Source: Bacteroidota bacterium (GTDB lineage Bacteria > Bacteroidota > Bacteroidia > Bacteroidales > WCHB1-69). Taken from it: DNA of 64,000 bases. A program made the translations under genes and the position numbers. The stretch lies in assembly GCA_037130365.1 (NCBI GenBank), contig JBAXTE010000001.1, forward strand, positions 4,959-68,958, given 5' to 3'. Numbering within the stretch: position 1 is the stretch's first letter; each line of letters begins with the position of its first letter. The notes beneath the pieces were generated by a model that was not told the origin of the DNA, made no database searches, and was given only the letters and a program-made list of their open reading frames with translations. Below are positions 1-9,972 of the stretch, in pieces.

Positions 1-280
1 TAATACTTTTGCCCCAAGATTGCCCGTGATTAAAAATTTCAAAAAGCAGATGATACAACCACACAGGAAGCACTCCAAGAAATATAATAACAAATACTAC
101 AATTATATTTTCTCCATTCTGATTCGCAGATGTTGCAGCAATAAGCAAAATGACTACAAAAATCAGAAAAACACCAACAATTAAAGAATCAATTAGGTAT
201 GCCCAAATTCGACTAGTTAATGGAGCCATTTGGACATTTATTTCCACATTGTGCGAAGTTTCAATACTAATTTCACTCAT
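1..280 (-). CDS. RDD family membrane protein (N-terminal part; C-terminus lies beyond the window start)
   Basis: Absent from the ORF track because it runs off the window. Reverse strand from ATG (280-278) reads MSEISIETSHNVEINVQMAPLTSRIWAYLIDSLIVGVFLIFVV...FNHGQSWGKSI. The R-x-W-A-x-x-ID segment, hydrophobic helices and GQSWGK fit the RDD-domain pattern. Confidence 0.6.
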   Translation of the reverse strand, partial: MSEISIETSHNVEINVQMAPLTSRIWAYLIDSLIVGVFLIFVVILLIAATSANQNGENIIVVFVIIFLGVLPVWLYHLLFEIFNHGQSWGKSI

Positions 281-332
281 TTTAAAAATATATTAGTTAA
301 ATTTGCAAAATCTCGTCAATTATTATAACTCT

Positions 333-1322
333 ATGAAAGAAGCTTTTTTTGTCCGGCAAAACAAAGATAAATGGCAAAACTACGAAAAAATAGGTAAAAA
401 CCAATTATCAATTACACCCGACGAGCTGGCGAATACATATATTGATATCACAACTGATTTATCTTACGCACAAAGCAAATATAGAGATTCAAAATTAGCA
501 CAATATCTAAATGGGTTATCCTCTACATTACATCACGCAATTTATAAAAACAAACGCGAAAAGAGCAAACGTTTTATATCTTATTGGCTCGAAGAAGTTC
601 CGTTAGAAATGTTTAAAGCTCGTAATGCAATGTTTATTTCATTAATTGTTTTTGCAATAAGCATAGTGATTGGGTGCTTTTCTACTTCTGTAGATGACAC
701 TTTTGTGCGATTTATTTTGGGCGATGATTATGTTGAAATGACTTTACGCAATATTGCCAATAATGATCCGATGGGAGTTTATAAATCCCAAAGTTCGGAG
801 TTTATGTTTTTAGTAATCACTTTAAACAATCTTAAAGTAGCTTTTTTTGCTTTTGCACTCGGAATATTCACATCGTTTGGATCTTCTTATATTCTGATAA
901 GTAATGGAGTTATGTTAGGTGTTTTTCAATATTTTTTCTATCAAAAAGGGCTGTTGGCAGATTCGATGTTGTCGATTTGGATTCACGGAACTTTAGAAAT
1001 TTCTGCCATTGTAATTGCTGGTGGCGCAGGAATTCATATGGGAAATGGCTGGTTATTTCCAGGTACATATTCTCGTATGGCATCGTTTAAAAAATCCTCA
1101 AAAACAGGGCTTAAAATTGTTATTGGACTCGTTCCCGTTATTATCACTGCAGGATTTTTAGAAAGCTACATTACACGACATTCAGAGTTTAGCCCAATAG
1201 CAAAAGCCTCATTTATTCTTGTTTCTCTTATTATTGTCATATTATATTTTATTTATTTACCTTTAAAAATCAAAAAAGATGAATCAAAATTTAATCCCAA
1301 TCGAGTTTTACAAACAACGTGA
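333..1322 (+). CDS. SpoIIM-like (stage II sporulation protein M / DUF95 family) integral membrane protein
   Basis: The track ORF starts at TTG 303; the first ATG at 333 is preferred. Several hydrophobic helices. The HGTLEISAIVIAGGAG motif is typical of the family. Confidence 0.6.
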   Translation: MKEAFFVRQNKDKWQNYEKIGKNQLSITPDELANTYIDITTDLSYAQSKYRDSKLAQYLNGLSSTLHHAIYKNKREKSKRFISYWLEEVPLEMFKARNAMFISLIVFAISIVIGCFSTSVDDTFVRFILGDDYVEMTLRNIANNDPMGVYKSQSSEFMFLVITLNNLKVAFFAFALGIFTSFGSSYILISNGVMLGVFQYFFYQKGLLADSMLSIWIHGTLEISAIVIAGGAGIHMGNGWLFPGTYSRMASFKKSSKTGLKIVIGLVPVIITAGFLESYITRHSEFSPIAKASFILVSLIIVILYFIYLPLKIKKDESKFNPNRVLQTT

Positions 1323-2139
1323 TTTAGGTGAAAAAATCAATGTAACATTTGATTTTATAAAACAAAACTTTAAAGAAATATTTGTTTTAATGGCCAAAAC
1401 AGTTCTTCCAATTGTTGCTTTTATTGCAATTATTCCAGCGTTTTTTCCAGAATTTTTCATCTCTAATGTTAAACAATTAGAATATGTCAGTCCAAGTGCT
1501 CCACTTATAATGTTGGTTTATTATCTTGGTTATTTTGCGGCAATGCTATACGGACAGTCAATAATCAACACATTGATGTATCAAAAGCTAATTGTATCAA
1601 AAGAGGGAAATTCTGAATTTTTTGATCTTAAAAGCGAAATCAATTCCAATGTTTTTAAAATTTTTGGAACAAGTATGCTTGCTGGACTTGTAATCATGGG
1701 CTTTTCACTTTTATTAATTATACCTGGAATAATTGTAGCTGTTATGCTAAATTATGCTCCTACAGTAGCGGTATTTGAAAAGATAAGTCCATCTAAAGCA
1801 ATTTCGAAATGCTGGAAAGGTGGATTGACAAATTGGTGGTCCACATTTGGATTGATCATCGTTGTAGCAATTATTGTGGGAATTCTTAATTTTTTCACTT
1901 CATTACCAGCAACAATTTTCACTTTTATCATTGCTTTTACTTCAACTAATGGTGGAGAAGCTCATGGAATTATTTTTAAATCATTTTATTTTCTCTTTCA
2001 CACCATATCCATTTTTGGGGCAATTATTTTATCCTCCATTTCTATAATCGCTTTAGCTTTTCAATATGGAAACATAAAAGAGCAAAAAGAAAATATTTCA
2101 ATAAACAAACAAATTTCAGAATTCGAAAATCTAAAATAA
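1279..2139 (+). CDS. polytopic membrane protein, function unknown
   Basis: 286-aa ORF overlapping the upstream gene by 44 nt. At least 5 long hydrophobic segments. No recognisable catalytic motif. Confidence 0.5.
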   Translation: MNQNLIPIEFYKQRDLGEKINVTFDFIKQNFKEIFVLMAKTVLPIVAFIAIIPAFFPEFFISNVKQLEYVSPSAPLIMLVYYLGYFAAMLYGQSIINTLMYQKLIVSKEGNSEFFDLKSEINSNVFKIFGTSMLAGLVIMGFSLLLIIPGIIVAVMLNYAPTVAVFEKISPSKAISKCWKGGLTNWWSTFGLIIVVAIIVGILNFFTSLPATIFTFIIAFTSTNGGEAHGIIFKSFYFLFHTISIFGAIILSSISIIALAFQYGNIKEQKENISINKQISEFENLK

Positions 2140-2205
2140 GTTTTCTTAAGTGCATTTGACTTGGGATAATACATTGAGGATTTATCGTTCCAAAATAATA
2201 ACTAA

Positions 2206-2958
2206 ATGATGAGTTGGCATAGGTTGAAAATAATTTTATTATTGCTATTTGTGATGTTTATCATAAAGCCATCCTATGCAGGTATTGATTCAAATATTAC
2301 AAATAATGCTGCTTCAAAATCTGTTATTAGTAAAAATATTTTGGACACCATTCTTATTAAAGATTTCGCTCAGAATCCAGATTTTCAATATAAAAAGGAT
2401 CTATTCAAAAAATCTTTTTTTGTCCAAACTTGGGATAATATCAAAATGTTTTTCTATAAAATTTTAAGAAAAATATTCTATAAACTATTCGGAATAAATG
2501 TAACTGAATCGGCATCAAATATCATTTTTTGGTTTTTAATTATTCTGATAATTTCTGGGTTAGGACTCCTGCTTTTTAAGTTTCGAAAGCAGTTGCTTAC
2601 AGATTCAGGGATTCTGTTTTCGGATGAATCGGAAATCTATATTGAAAAAGTAAATTATAACGAAAAATATGATGAGGCATATCAAAATTTGGATTATAAA
2701 ATGGCCATTCGATATGTCGTTTTAGAAACGATAAAGCAATTTGATGATCAAAAAAAAATCAAATTTATTCCTGGCAAAACACTTTACGAATATCAACAAG
2801 AGGTTTCTGAGGAGGAGATAAAAGTGCCGTTTTCGGAAATTTGTTATATCTATGAATACATTTGGTATGGGAACTTTACGGCGACAAAAGCATTGTGTGA
2901 TACTGCATTTTCTGATATGAATTTTATTTTTAATCAATCAAATAAATCACAACGATGA
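2206..2958 (+). CDS. DUF4129-like membrane-anchored protein
   Basis: Signal/TM segment plus a central TM (FWFLIILIISGLGLLLF). The C-terminal ...GKTLYEYQQEV...ICYIYEYIWYGNF pattern resembles the DUF4129 C-terminus (recalled from memory). Confidence 0.5.
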   Translation: MMSWHRLKIILLLLFVMFIIKPSYAGIDSNITNNAASKSVISKNILDTILIKDFAQNPDFQYKKDLFKKSFFVQTWDNIKMFFYKILRKIFYKLFGINVTESASNIIFWFLIILIISGLGLLLFKFRKQLLTDSGILFSDESEIYIEKVNYNEKYDEAYQNLDYKMAIRYVVLETIKQFDDQKKIKFIPGKTLYEYQQEVSEEEIKVPFSEICYIYEYIWYGNFTATKALCDTAFSDMNFIFNQSNKSQR

Positions 2959-4154
2959 AGTTTTTGAAAGAAAATAAAATTGTAATCATCTTGCTATTGG
3001 TAGCATCGTTACCGCTATTTTCTATTTTCCAACAAAGTAGCAAATCAGATTGGAAGTTATCGCTTAAACCAGAAGACAAGAAACCTTTCGGGACATTTGT
3101 TTTTGACTCATTGATGAGAAATCATTTTAAAAATGAATATCAAAATTCAAGAAATACGCTTTACGAAATTCATTTAAACTCAAATAAATCAAAAACAATT
3201 ATCATCCTATCTGATTATTTAAACTTGCCAAAAGCAGATATTGAAGATATAAAAAAGAATGCAAATAATGGGAATAAATACATCTTTGCTTTCAACAATA
3301 CAAATGAAGATTTCAGCAAAGAATTTGAAATAGACAATCGAAATTACCAAACGGTAAACCCATTTTGGAATTCGCTTTCGGAAGATTCTGTGTTTTTTAA
3401 GCTCTCAATAATTGACGAAAATTCCAAGACTGTGGACTCGTTAAAAATTGAGGACGGAATTCTTAACTCATACTTTATAAAAACAAAAGAAAATTCAAAA
3501 GTTTTATTAAGTAGTGAATCAGAACCAATTGCAATAAAAATTAGCTATGGTAGTGGATCTATAACCATTTGTTTATCACCATATTTGTTTACCAATTACT
3601 TTTTATTAAACAAAAATTGCTGGAAAGCTACCAACCATTTATTGACCGATATTAACACTTCGGAGATTTATTTTGCGAGTAAATATCTGATAAATGATAA
3701 GAATAATTCGTCAATTTTTAAAAATTTACTTTACAATAATGCACTTAAATCGATGTTTTATTTTTCAATAATTTTGATTTTGGTATTTATTATTTTTAGT
3801 GCAAAAAGAAAGCAACGAATTATACCAATTATCAATCAACACAAAAATAATTCTTTGAAATTTATAAAATTGATTGGACGGCTTTATTTCTTAAAAAAGA
3901 ATCATACTGATTTAGGAATTAAAAAATTCAATTACCTAAAAGACTATTTGTCAAGAACATATCAAATTAATTTCAACACAGAAGATCGCGAATGGTTATT
4001 TCAAGTAATTTCTATTAAAACTGGAATTGAAAAGAAAAGTGTACGACAATTATTCGTGAAAATGGAAAAATTAGCTACAAGTAAAGCAAGTATTAACGAA
4101 AAAATGCTCCATCAATTAATTGAGGAAATGGAACAATATTATATAAAAAAATAG
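2955..4154 (+). CDS. DUF4350-like membrane protein
   Basis: ATGA overlap with the upstream gene. N-terminal TM, late TM (MFYFSIILILVFIIFSA) and a GSGSITICLSPYLFTNYFLL motif resembling DUF4350. Sits directly upstream of MoxR. Confidence 0.5.
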   Translation: MKFLKENKIVIILLLVASLPLFSIFQQSSKSDWKLSLKPEDKKPFGTFVFDSLMRNHFKNEYQNSRNTLYEIHLNSNKSKTIIILSDYLNLPKADIEDIKKNANNGNKYIFAFNNTNEDFSKEFEIDNRNYQTVNPFWNSLSEDSVFFKLSIIDENSKTVDSLKIEDGILNSYFIKTKENSKVLLSSESEPIAIKISYGSGSITICLSPYLFTNYFLLNKNCWKATNHLLTDINTSEIYFASKYLINDKNNSSIFKNLLYNNALKSMFYFSIILILVFIIFSAKRKQRIIPIINQHKNNSLKFIKLIGRLYFLKKNHTDLGIKKFNYLKDYLSRTYQINFNTEDREWLFQVISIKTGIEKKSVRQLFVKMEKLATSKASINEKMLHQLIEEMEQYYIKK

Positions 4155-4156
4155 AT

Positions 4157-5137
4157 ATGGAAGAGATTCAAGACTTTGAAACAAGGCTCGATTTGAGCAA
4201 TCTTACACAAAAGGTTGAAACACTTAAGAAAAAAGTAAAAGAGATTATTGTAGGCAACGATCATGCAATTGACTTGATTCTTACCGCGATTATTTCTGAT
4301 GGACACGTTCTAATTGAGGGTGTACCTGGTGTTGCCAAAACATTAATGGTGAAATTAGTGGCTAAATTAATCTCATCCGATTTTTCCAGAATTCAATTTA
4401 CACCAGATTTAATGCCTTCAGATATTCTTGGAACATTGGTTTTTAATATGAAAAGCAGCGAATTTGAATACCGAAAAGGTCCAATATTCTCTAATATTGT
4501 GCTTATCGATGAGATCAATAGAGCTCCTGCAAAAACACAATCTTCATTGTTTGAAGTAATGGAAGAGCGCCAGATTACAAACGATGGAACAACGTATCAA
4601 ATGTCTAAACCGTTTATTGTTTTTGCCACTCAAAACCCTATAGAACAAGAAGGTACGTATAAATTGCCTGAAGCACAATTAGATCGTTTCTTGTTTAAAA
4701 TAGTACTGCCATATCCATCTTTTGAAGAAGAAATTGAAGTTATCAATCGACATAATTTAGATAAGAATATGGCGCTATTAACTGAGATTTCAGCACTTCT
4801 TTCTTTTCAAAATATTGAAGAATATCGAAACTTAGCAAAGCAGGTATATGTAGATGATAAAATTGTGAAATATATCGCTTCCATTATTCATCAAACACGT
4901 CTTGATCCAATGATATTTTTAGGTGCTTCACCTCGTGCGTCAATAAATGTTTTAAATGCATCTAAAGCATTTGCATTACTACGCAATCGGGATTTTGTAT
5001 CACCCGAAGATGTAAAATTTATTGTACCGAATGTTCTACGTCATCGAATTATTTTAACTGCCGAAGCAGAAATGGAAGGCTTTAATTCAGATTCTGTTTG
5101 TAAAAGGATATTGGACACAATTGAGGTTCCAAAATAG
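4157..5137 (+). CDS. MoxR-family AAA+ ATPase
   Basis: Walker A GVPGVAKT, Walker B VLIDEINRAP, and the FATQNPIEQEGTYKLPEAQLDRF sensor region. 326 aa is typical MoxR (AAA_3) length. Confidence 0.9.
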   Translation: MEEIQDFETRLDLSNLTQKVETLKKKVKEIIVGNDHAIDLILTAIISDGHVLIEGVPGVAKTLMVKLVAKLISSDFSRIQFTPDLMPSDILGTLVFNMKSSEFEYRKGPIFSNIVLIDEINRAPAKTQSSLFEVMEERQITNDGTTYQMSKPFIVFATQNPIEQEGTYKLPEAQLDRFLFKIVLPYPSFEEEIEVINRHNLDKNMALLTEISALLSFQNIEEYRNLAKQVYVDDKIVKYIASIIHQTRLDPMIFLGASPRASINVLNASKAFALLRNRDFVSPEDVKFIVPNVLRHRIILTAEAEMEGFNSDSVCKRILDTIEVPK

Positions 5138-5211
5138 GGTTTGTAAAAAATCGTCAACTTTTTCGTTTTTCTTATTAGCACTAAATAATGATTATCAGAA
5201 ATTATTAAGTT

Positions 5212-6546
5212 ATGTTTCATTTTCTTAAACTTCTTTTTATTGAAAAACGGTTTTATAAAGCATCTTTTATTGTCTTAGGAGTTTATTTTATAGGATTTTT
5301 CTTCAGCCCTTTTGTCTCAGTTGGCCATTCATTATTGCTATTGCTTATATTTATATTTATTGGCGATATTTATTACATATTTCACTCAAAAATTAATCTT
5401 GAAGCCATACGAACCGTCTCAGATCGGTTATCAAATGGGGATAGCAATAAAGTTGAAATTGAGATTAAAAACATAACACAAAAAGAACTTTTTGTAACAA
5501 TTTATGATGAACTTCCACACCAATTTCAGCGCCGAGATATTGTTTTTAAATTGTCGTTGAAAGGGAATGCTATCAATAATGTAAAATATTATCTTGTTCC
5601 AAAACAACGAGGGGTATATGATTTTGGAGATATCAATGTTTTTGTAAAATCTAAACTCGGATTTATTTCTAAAAAAGAGGTCATTATTCAACATAAAGAA
5701 GTGAAAGTATATCCTTCATACTTACAACTTAAGAAGTTTGAATTTTATGCAATTCACAACCATTTACAAGAGTATGGAATTAAAAAAGTGCAAAAAGTTG
5801 GACATAATTTAGAATTTGAACAAATTAAAGATTATGTGCAAGGCGATGATTATCGGACTTTTAACTGGAAGGCAATTGCCCGAAAAGGCTCATTAATGGT
5901 GAATGTGTATCAGGATGAAAAATCGCAACAAATTTACAGCATAGTAGACAAAGGTCGTGTAATGAAAATGCCTTTTGAAGGAATGACCCTCTTAGATTAT
6001 GCTATTAATGCATCGTTAGTGATGTCGAGTATTGCGATTGCAAAACAAGATAAAGCAGGAATTGCTAGTTTCGACACAGATTTTGGAACGTTTTTGCCTG
6101 CTTCACGCCAAAGTAATCAAATGCAAAACATTCTGGATCTGCTTTATAAACAGACCACTAATTTTGGAGAATCCGATTACGGAACTTTATATTCTAGCTT
6201 GCGTAAGCGCCTTAATCAGAGAAGTTTAATTATATTATATACCAATTTCGAAAATCAACTAGGAATGGAACGTCAGCTTCCATATTTACGACAAATTGCA
6301 AAACAACACGTTCTTGTTTGTGTATTTTTTCAAAATACGGAAGTCGCTACTTTTCTGAATGAAAAAACAAAAAGCACCGAACATCTTTATCAAAAAATAA
6401 TTGCCGAAAAGTTTGATTTCGAGCGAAGAATAATCGTAAAAAAACTCAATCAATTTGGAATTTACACCGTACTCTCCTCGCCTAAAGATCTTACTGTAAA
6501 TGTAATAAACAAGTATTTACAACTAAAAGATCGAAGAGTAATTTAA
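5212..6546 (+). CDS. DUF58 domain protein (MoxR partner, vWA-like C-terminal region)
   Basis: Two N-terminal TM helices. The LEFEQIKDYVQGDDYRTFNWKAIARKGSLMV motif is the DUF58 signature. Located immediately after MoxR. Confidence 0.8.
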   Translation: MFHFLKLLFIEKRFYKASFIVLGVYFIGFFFSPFVSVGHSLLLLLIFIFIGDIYYIFHSKINLEAIRTVSDRLSNGDSNKVEIEIKNITQKELFVTIYDELPHQFQRRDIVFKLSLKGNAINNVKYYLVPKQRGVYDFGDINVFVKSKLGFISKKEVIIQHKEVKVYPSYLQLKKFEFYAIHNHLQEYGIKKVQKVGHNLEFEQIKDYVQGDDYRTFNWKAIARKGSLMVNVYQDEKSQQIYSIVDKGRVMKMPFEGMTLLDYAINASLVMSSIAIAKQDKAGIASFDTDFGTFLPASRQSNQMQNILDLLYKQTTNFGESDYGTLYSSLRKRLNQRSLIILYTNFENQLGMERQLPYLRQIAKQHVLVCVFFQNTEVATFLNEKTKSTEHLYQKIIAEKFDFERRIIVKKLNQFGIYTVLSSPKDLTVNVINKYLQLKDRRVI

Positions 6547-6630
6547 GTCTTGAAGTTTTCCCCGAAAATGTTATTCGATTTCTGGCGCTGTAAGAGCCTG
6601 TCATGATTTGGCGTGATCAAATATTAATAA

Positions 6631-6649
6631 CCCCGTGCGATGCACGGGG
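6631..6649. terminator. GC-rich stem-loop in the convergent intergenic region
   Basis: ccccgtgc-gat-gcacgggg gives an 8-bp perfect stem between the convergent DUF58 and prfC genes. The U-tract is weak on both strands. Confidence 0.4.
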
Positions 6650-6669
6650 TCAAAACGGCTCGAAATAAA

Positions 6670-6720
6670 GATTTTGGCGGAAAAATTGTTGCGAAGCAAA
6701 ACTATTTTTATGCCAAAATC
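6670..6720. other. 51-nt imperfect hairpin containing a GCGAAGC mini-hairpin
   Basis: gattttggc (6670-6678) pairs with gccaaaatc (6712-6720). The inner arms aaaaattgttgc / gcaaaactattttt flank a gaa loop. Confidence 0.35.
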
Positions 6721-6791
6721 AATGTTAGGGCTAAAAACGGATAGTCATATTATTTCTTAGTAAATCATTATACCAGAATGGTTTCTGTTCT

Positions 6792-8372
6792 TTAAACTTT
6801 AAATTCAGAAGTAAAATGAAATATTACTTCCGGATAGTTATCTTGAATTCGTTTAAGTGCCCATTCGTTTTCTGCAAGAAAAACAGGATTTCGTTCCTTA
6901 TCATAAACTAGATGGTGCCCTCGTTCGTTGACGAATTTATTGTAAGCAACTTTATTTGTAGATGTAATCCAACAAGCTTTGTAATATTGAAGTGGCTGAA
7001 ATGTACAAGAAGCGCCATATTCATGAGCAAGTCTGAACTGAATTACTTCAAATTGCAATTCGCCAACAGTACCAATAATTTTCATGCTTCCCATCTCTTT
7101 TACAAACAACTGGGCAACTCCCTCATCTGTTAACTGACGAATTCCTTTTTCTAATTGCTTGGTTTTCATTGGGTCGCTATTGAGAAGCTCTTTAAATATT
7201 TCTGGCGAAAAACTCGGAATTCCTTCAAACTGTATAAGTTCCCCTTCGGTTAATGTATCGCCAATCTTAAAATTACCAGTGTCGTATAGCCCAATTACAT
7301 CGCCAGGATATGCTTCGTTTATTAAGCTTTTTTCGTTAGCCATAAAACTAGTCGGATTGGCAAATCGTAATTTTTTATTCAACCGCGTGTGAAAATAAAA
7401 TTTGTTCCGTTCAAATTTTCCAGAAATAATCCTACAAAAAGCAATCCTATCTCGGTGGTTAGGGTCGAGGTTTGCGTGTATTTTAAAGATAAAACCTGAG
7501 AACGTGTTTTCGTATGGGTCTACTTCCCGCTGATCTGTTATTCTTGATCGAGGACTGGGGGCAATTTTTACAAATGTATCTAATAACTCCTTTACTCCAA
7601 AATTATTGATAGCACTTCCAAAAAACACCGGAGCTAAATATCCATCTTTATACAGACCATCATCGAATGGCTCATAAAGGCTTTCAATAAGTTCAACTTC
7701 ATCACGAAGCTTAGTTGCCGCCTTGATTCCAATAAATGTATCAAGTTTTGCGTCGTTAAGATCTTCAATATGGTGAATATTTTCTGTAAGTTGGTTTTTA
7801 TTTGGTGAAAAAAGTTGGAGACTCTTATCGTATAAATTGTAAACACCCTGAAAATCGGAACCAATCCCAATTGGCCAAGCAAGGGGACGACAGTGAATAT
7901 TTAATTCCTTTTCGATGTCTTCAAGTAAAATATATGGCTCTTGACCGTCGCGGTCGAGTTTGTTGATAAAAATGATAACTGGAGTATGGCGCATCCGGCA
8001 CACTTCCATAAGCTTTCGAGTTTGAGCTTCAATTCCTTTAACACAGTCAATTACCAAAATCACACTATCAACGGCAGTAAGTGTGCGGTAGGTATCTTCG
8101 GCAAAATCCTTATGTCCAGGAGTATCTAAAATATTGATCTTATAGTCTTTATAATTAAATCCCATAACTGAAGTCGCAACAGAAATACCACGTTGCTTTT
8201 CTATTTCCATAAAATCGGAAACTGCAGTCTTTGTGATTTTATTGTTTTTAACAGCTCCGGCTGTCTGAATAGCACCTCCAAACAAAAGTAATTTTTCGGT
8301 TAGTGTGGTTTTTCCAGCATCTGGATGGCTAATAATACCAAATGTTCTTCGTTTTTCTATCTCTTTTTTCAT
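6792..8372 (-). CDS. prfC: peptide chain release factor 3
   Basis: GTPase motifs [14 protein letters not shown] and NKLD. At 526 aa it matches RF3 along its full length. Confidence 0.95.
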   Translation of the reverse strand: MKKEIEKRRTFGIISHPDAGKTTLTEKLLLFGGAIQTAGAVKNNKITKTAVSDFMEIEKQRGISVATSVMGFNYKDYKINILDTPGHKDFAEDTYRTLTAVDSVILVIDCVKGIEAQTRKLMEVCRMRHTPVIIFINKLDRDGQEPYILLEDIEKELNIHCRPLAWPIGIGSDFQGVYNLYDKSLQLFSPNKNQLTENIHHIEDLNDAKLDTFIGIKAATKLRDEVELIESLYEPFDDGLYKDGYLAPVFFGSAINNFGVKELLDTFVKIAPSPRSRITDQREVDPYENTFSGFIFKIHANLDPNHRDRIAFCRIISGKFERNKFYFHTRLNKKLRFANPTSFMANEKSLINEAYPGDVIGLYDTGNFKIGDTLTEGELIQFEGIPSFSPEIFKELLNSDPMKTKQLEKGIRQLTDEGVAQLFVKEMGSMKIIGTVGELQFEVIQFRLAHEYGASCTFQPLQYYKACWITSTNKVAYNKFVNERGHHLVYDKERNPVFLAENEWALKRIQDNYPEVIFHFTSEFKV

Positions 8373-8572
8373 TTCGGGGGCAAAGATAGCGCTTTTTCGG
8401 AAATTTTAAAAATGAACTTAAGTTTTTCAACTTTTTAAACACATTAATATGGTGATAATCAGAATTATAATGTATTTTTGAAATAAATAGAAAACTGTAA
8501 ATTTCAAGATTACAAACTAGTGTCATAATTTCTGAAACTTATAGCTCCATTAAAAATAGAAATTTCAAACCC

Positions 8573-9835
8573 CTATTCTTCAACTACCAATTGGATTGTA
8601 GTTCTACTTTTTTGTTCGGTTAATATTTTTCTTCCTTTTACAACTTTGTCTATCGTTTCTTGGTTGTAGTTTCTAACTGTAATTAACTCTAAATCTAGAT
8701 TATACCTTACTTTAAACTCAGTATTTAATTCTGCTATCAATCCTTTTAGTTTCTCTGGATTGTAATCAACACAAACAGAAAAACTAATTGCTGAATTTTG
8801 CATCAAGTTAATTTTTACGCCAAAATGGGCAAATAATCCAAAGATTAACGATAAGTTTTCTTCGGCAATAAACGAAAAATCGATAGGATAAATGGATATT
8901 AAAGCTTGATTTCGCTTAAATATATAACACGGAATATGGTTAGATGTTGATTCATTGCCTATCACACTTCCGGGTGCTTTGTGGTTAAAAAATGATTTTA
9001 CAATTAACGGAATAGATTTGTTTTGTAAAGGTTTTATGGTTTTAGGATGAATTATTGTCGCTCCGTAATAAGCAAGCTCTATCGTCTCTTTATACGAAAT
9101 TGAATCCAGTTTAACCGCATCTGAAAAGTATTTTGGGTCTGCATTTAAAAGCCCTGAAACATCTTTCCAAATGATTACTTCTTCGGCGTTTAGCGAATAT
9201 CCAAAAATAGCTGCTGAATAGTCAGAGCCTTCCCTCCCTAAGGTTGTAACATCACCTAGACCATTAGATGCAATAAAACCTTGACTAATTACAATATTGA
9301 TATTTTTATTACTAAATACCTCAATTACGTGTTGTTGAATTTTTTGTTCGGTTATCTGCCAATCTACAATTCCTTCTCGAAAATTTGAATCGGTTTGAAT
9401 GAGATTTCGAGCATCAACCCATTGATTGGGTAATCCAATTGAGTTTAGATAATCTGAAACTATTGAAGTAGAAAGAAGCTCTCCATAAGATACAATTTGA
9501 TCGTACTCATAATCATAATTATCACTTGGTTTGCTTTTCAAGTATTTGGTAAGCTCAGCAATAAATCCAATAGTTCTAGTTGATTTTTCTAAACTTCCTG
9601 AAAACAGCTCGTGGATAATAGACAAATGGTAATGCTCAATTTCAGCAATTTGTTTGGTATTATCGATTCCTTTATAAAAGTTCTCTGCTAGTAATTCTAG
9701 TGAATTTGTGGTTTTACCCATCGCAGAAACAACCATTACTAATTGCTGATGAGCATATTCATTAATTATTTTGCTAATGTTTTTAATCGATTCAGAGCTA
9801 CTAACCGATGCTCCTCCAAATTTGAATATTTTCAT
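8573..9835 (-). CDS. lysC: aspartate kinase
   Basis: N-terminal KFGGASV kinase motif, a GREGSDYSAA segment and a C-terminal ACT-like region. 420 aa. Confidence 0.9.
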   Translation of the reverse strand: MKIFKFGGASVSSSESIKNISKIINEYAHQQLVMVVSAMGKTTNSLELLAENFYKGIDNTKQIAEIEHYHLSIIHELFSGSLEKSTRTIGFIAELTKYLKSKPSDNYDYEYDQIVSYGELLSTSIVSDYLNSIGLPNQWVDARNLIQTDSNFREGIVDWQITEQKIQQHVIEVFSNKNINIVISQGFIASNGLGDVTTLGREGSDYSAAIFGYSLNAEEVIIWKDVSGLLNADPKYFSDAVKLDSISYKETIELAYYGATIIHPKTIKPLQNKSIPLIVKSFFNHKAPGSVIGNESTSNHIPCYIFKRNQALISIYPIDFSFIAEENLSLIFGLFAHFGVKINLMQNSAISFSVCVDYNPEKLKGLIAELNTEFKVRYNLDLELITVRNYNQETIDKVVKGRKILTEQKSRTTIQLVVEE

Positions 9836-9911
9836 TTATTAAATATTTTATTGCTAAATTTTAATCGATAAACGTATTTTTATCTTTTTTAATCACTGTT
9901 GTCCTATAAGA

Positions 9912-9964
9912 TTTCAATATTTTCAGCCCCTTTCTCTCCCCCAGTTGGCGGAGAAATATTGAAA
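9912..9964 (-). terminator. AT-rich stem-loop downstream of the 9973-10611 gene
   Basis: tttcaatattt (9912-9922) pairs with aaatattgaaa (9954-9964). An inner ctcc/ggag pairing is also possible. No clean U-tract. Confidence 0.3.
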
Positions 9965-9972
9965 ATTAAATA

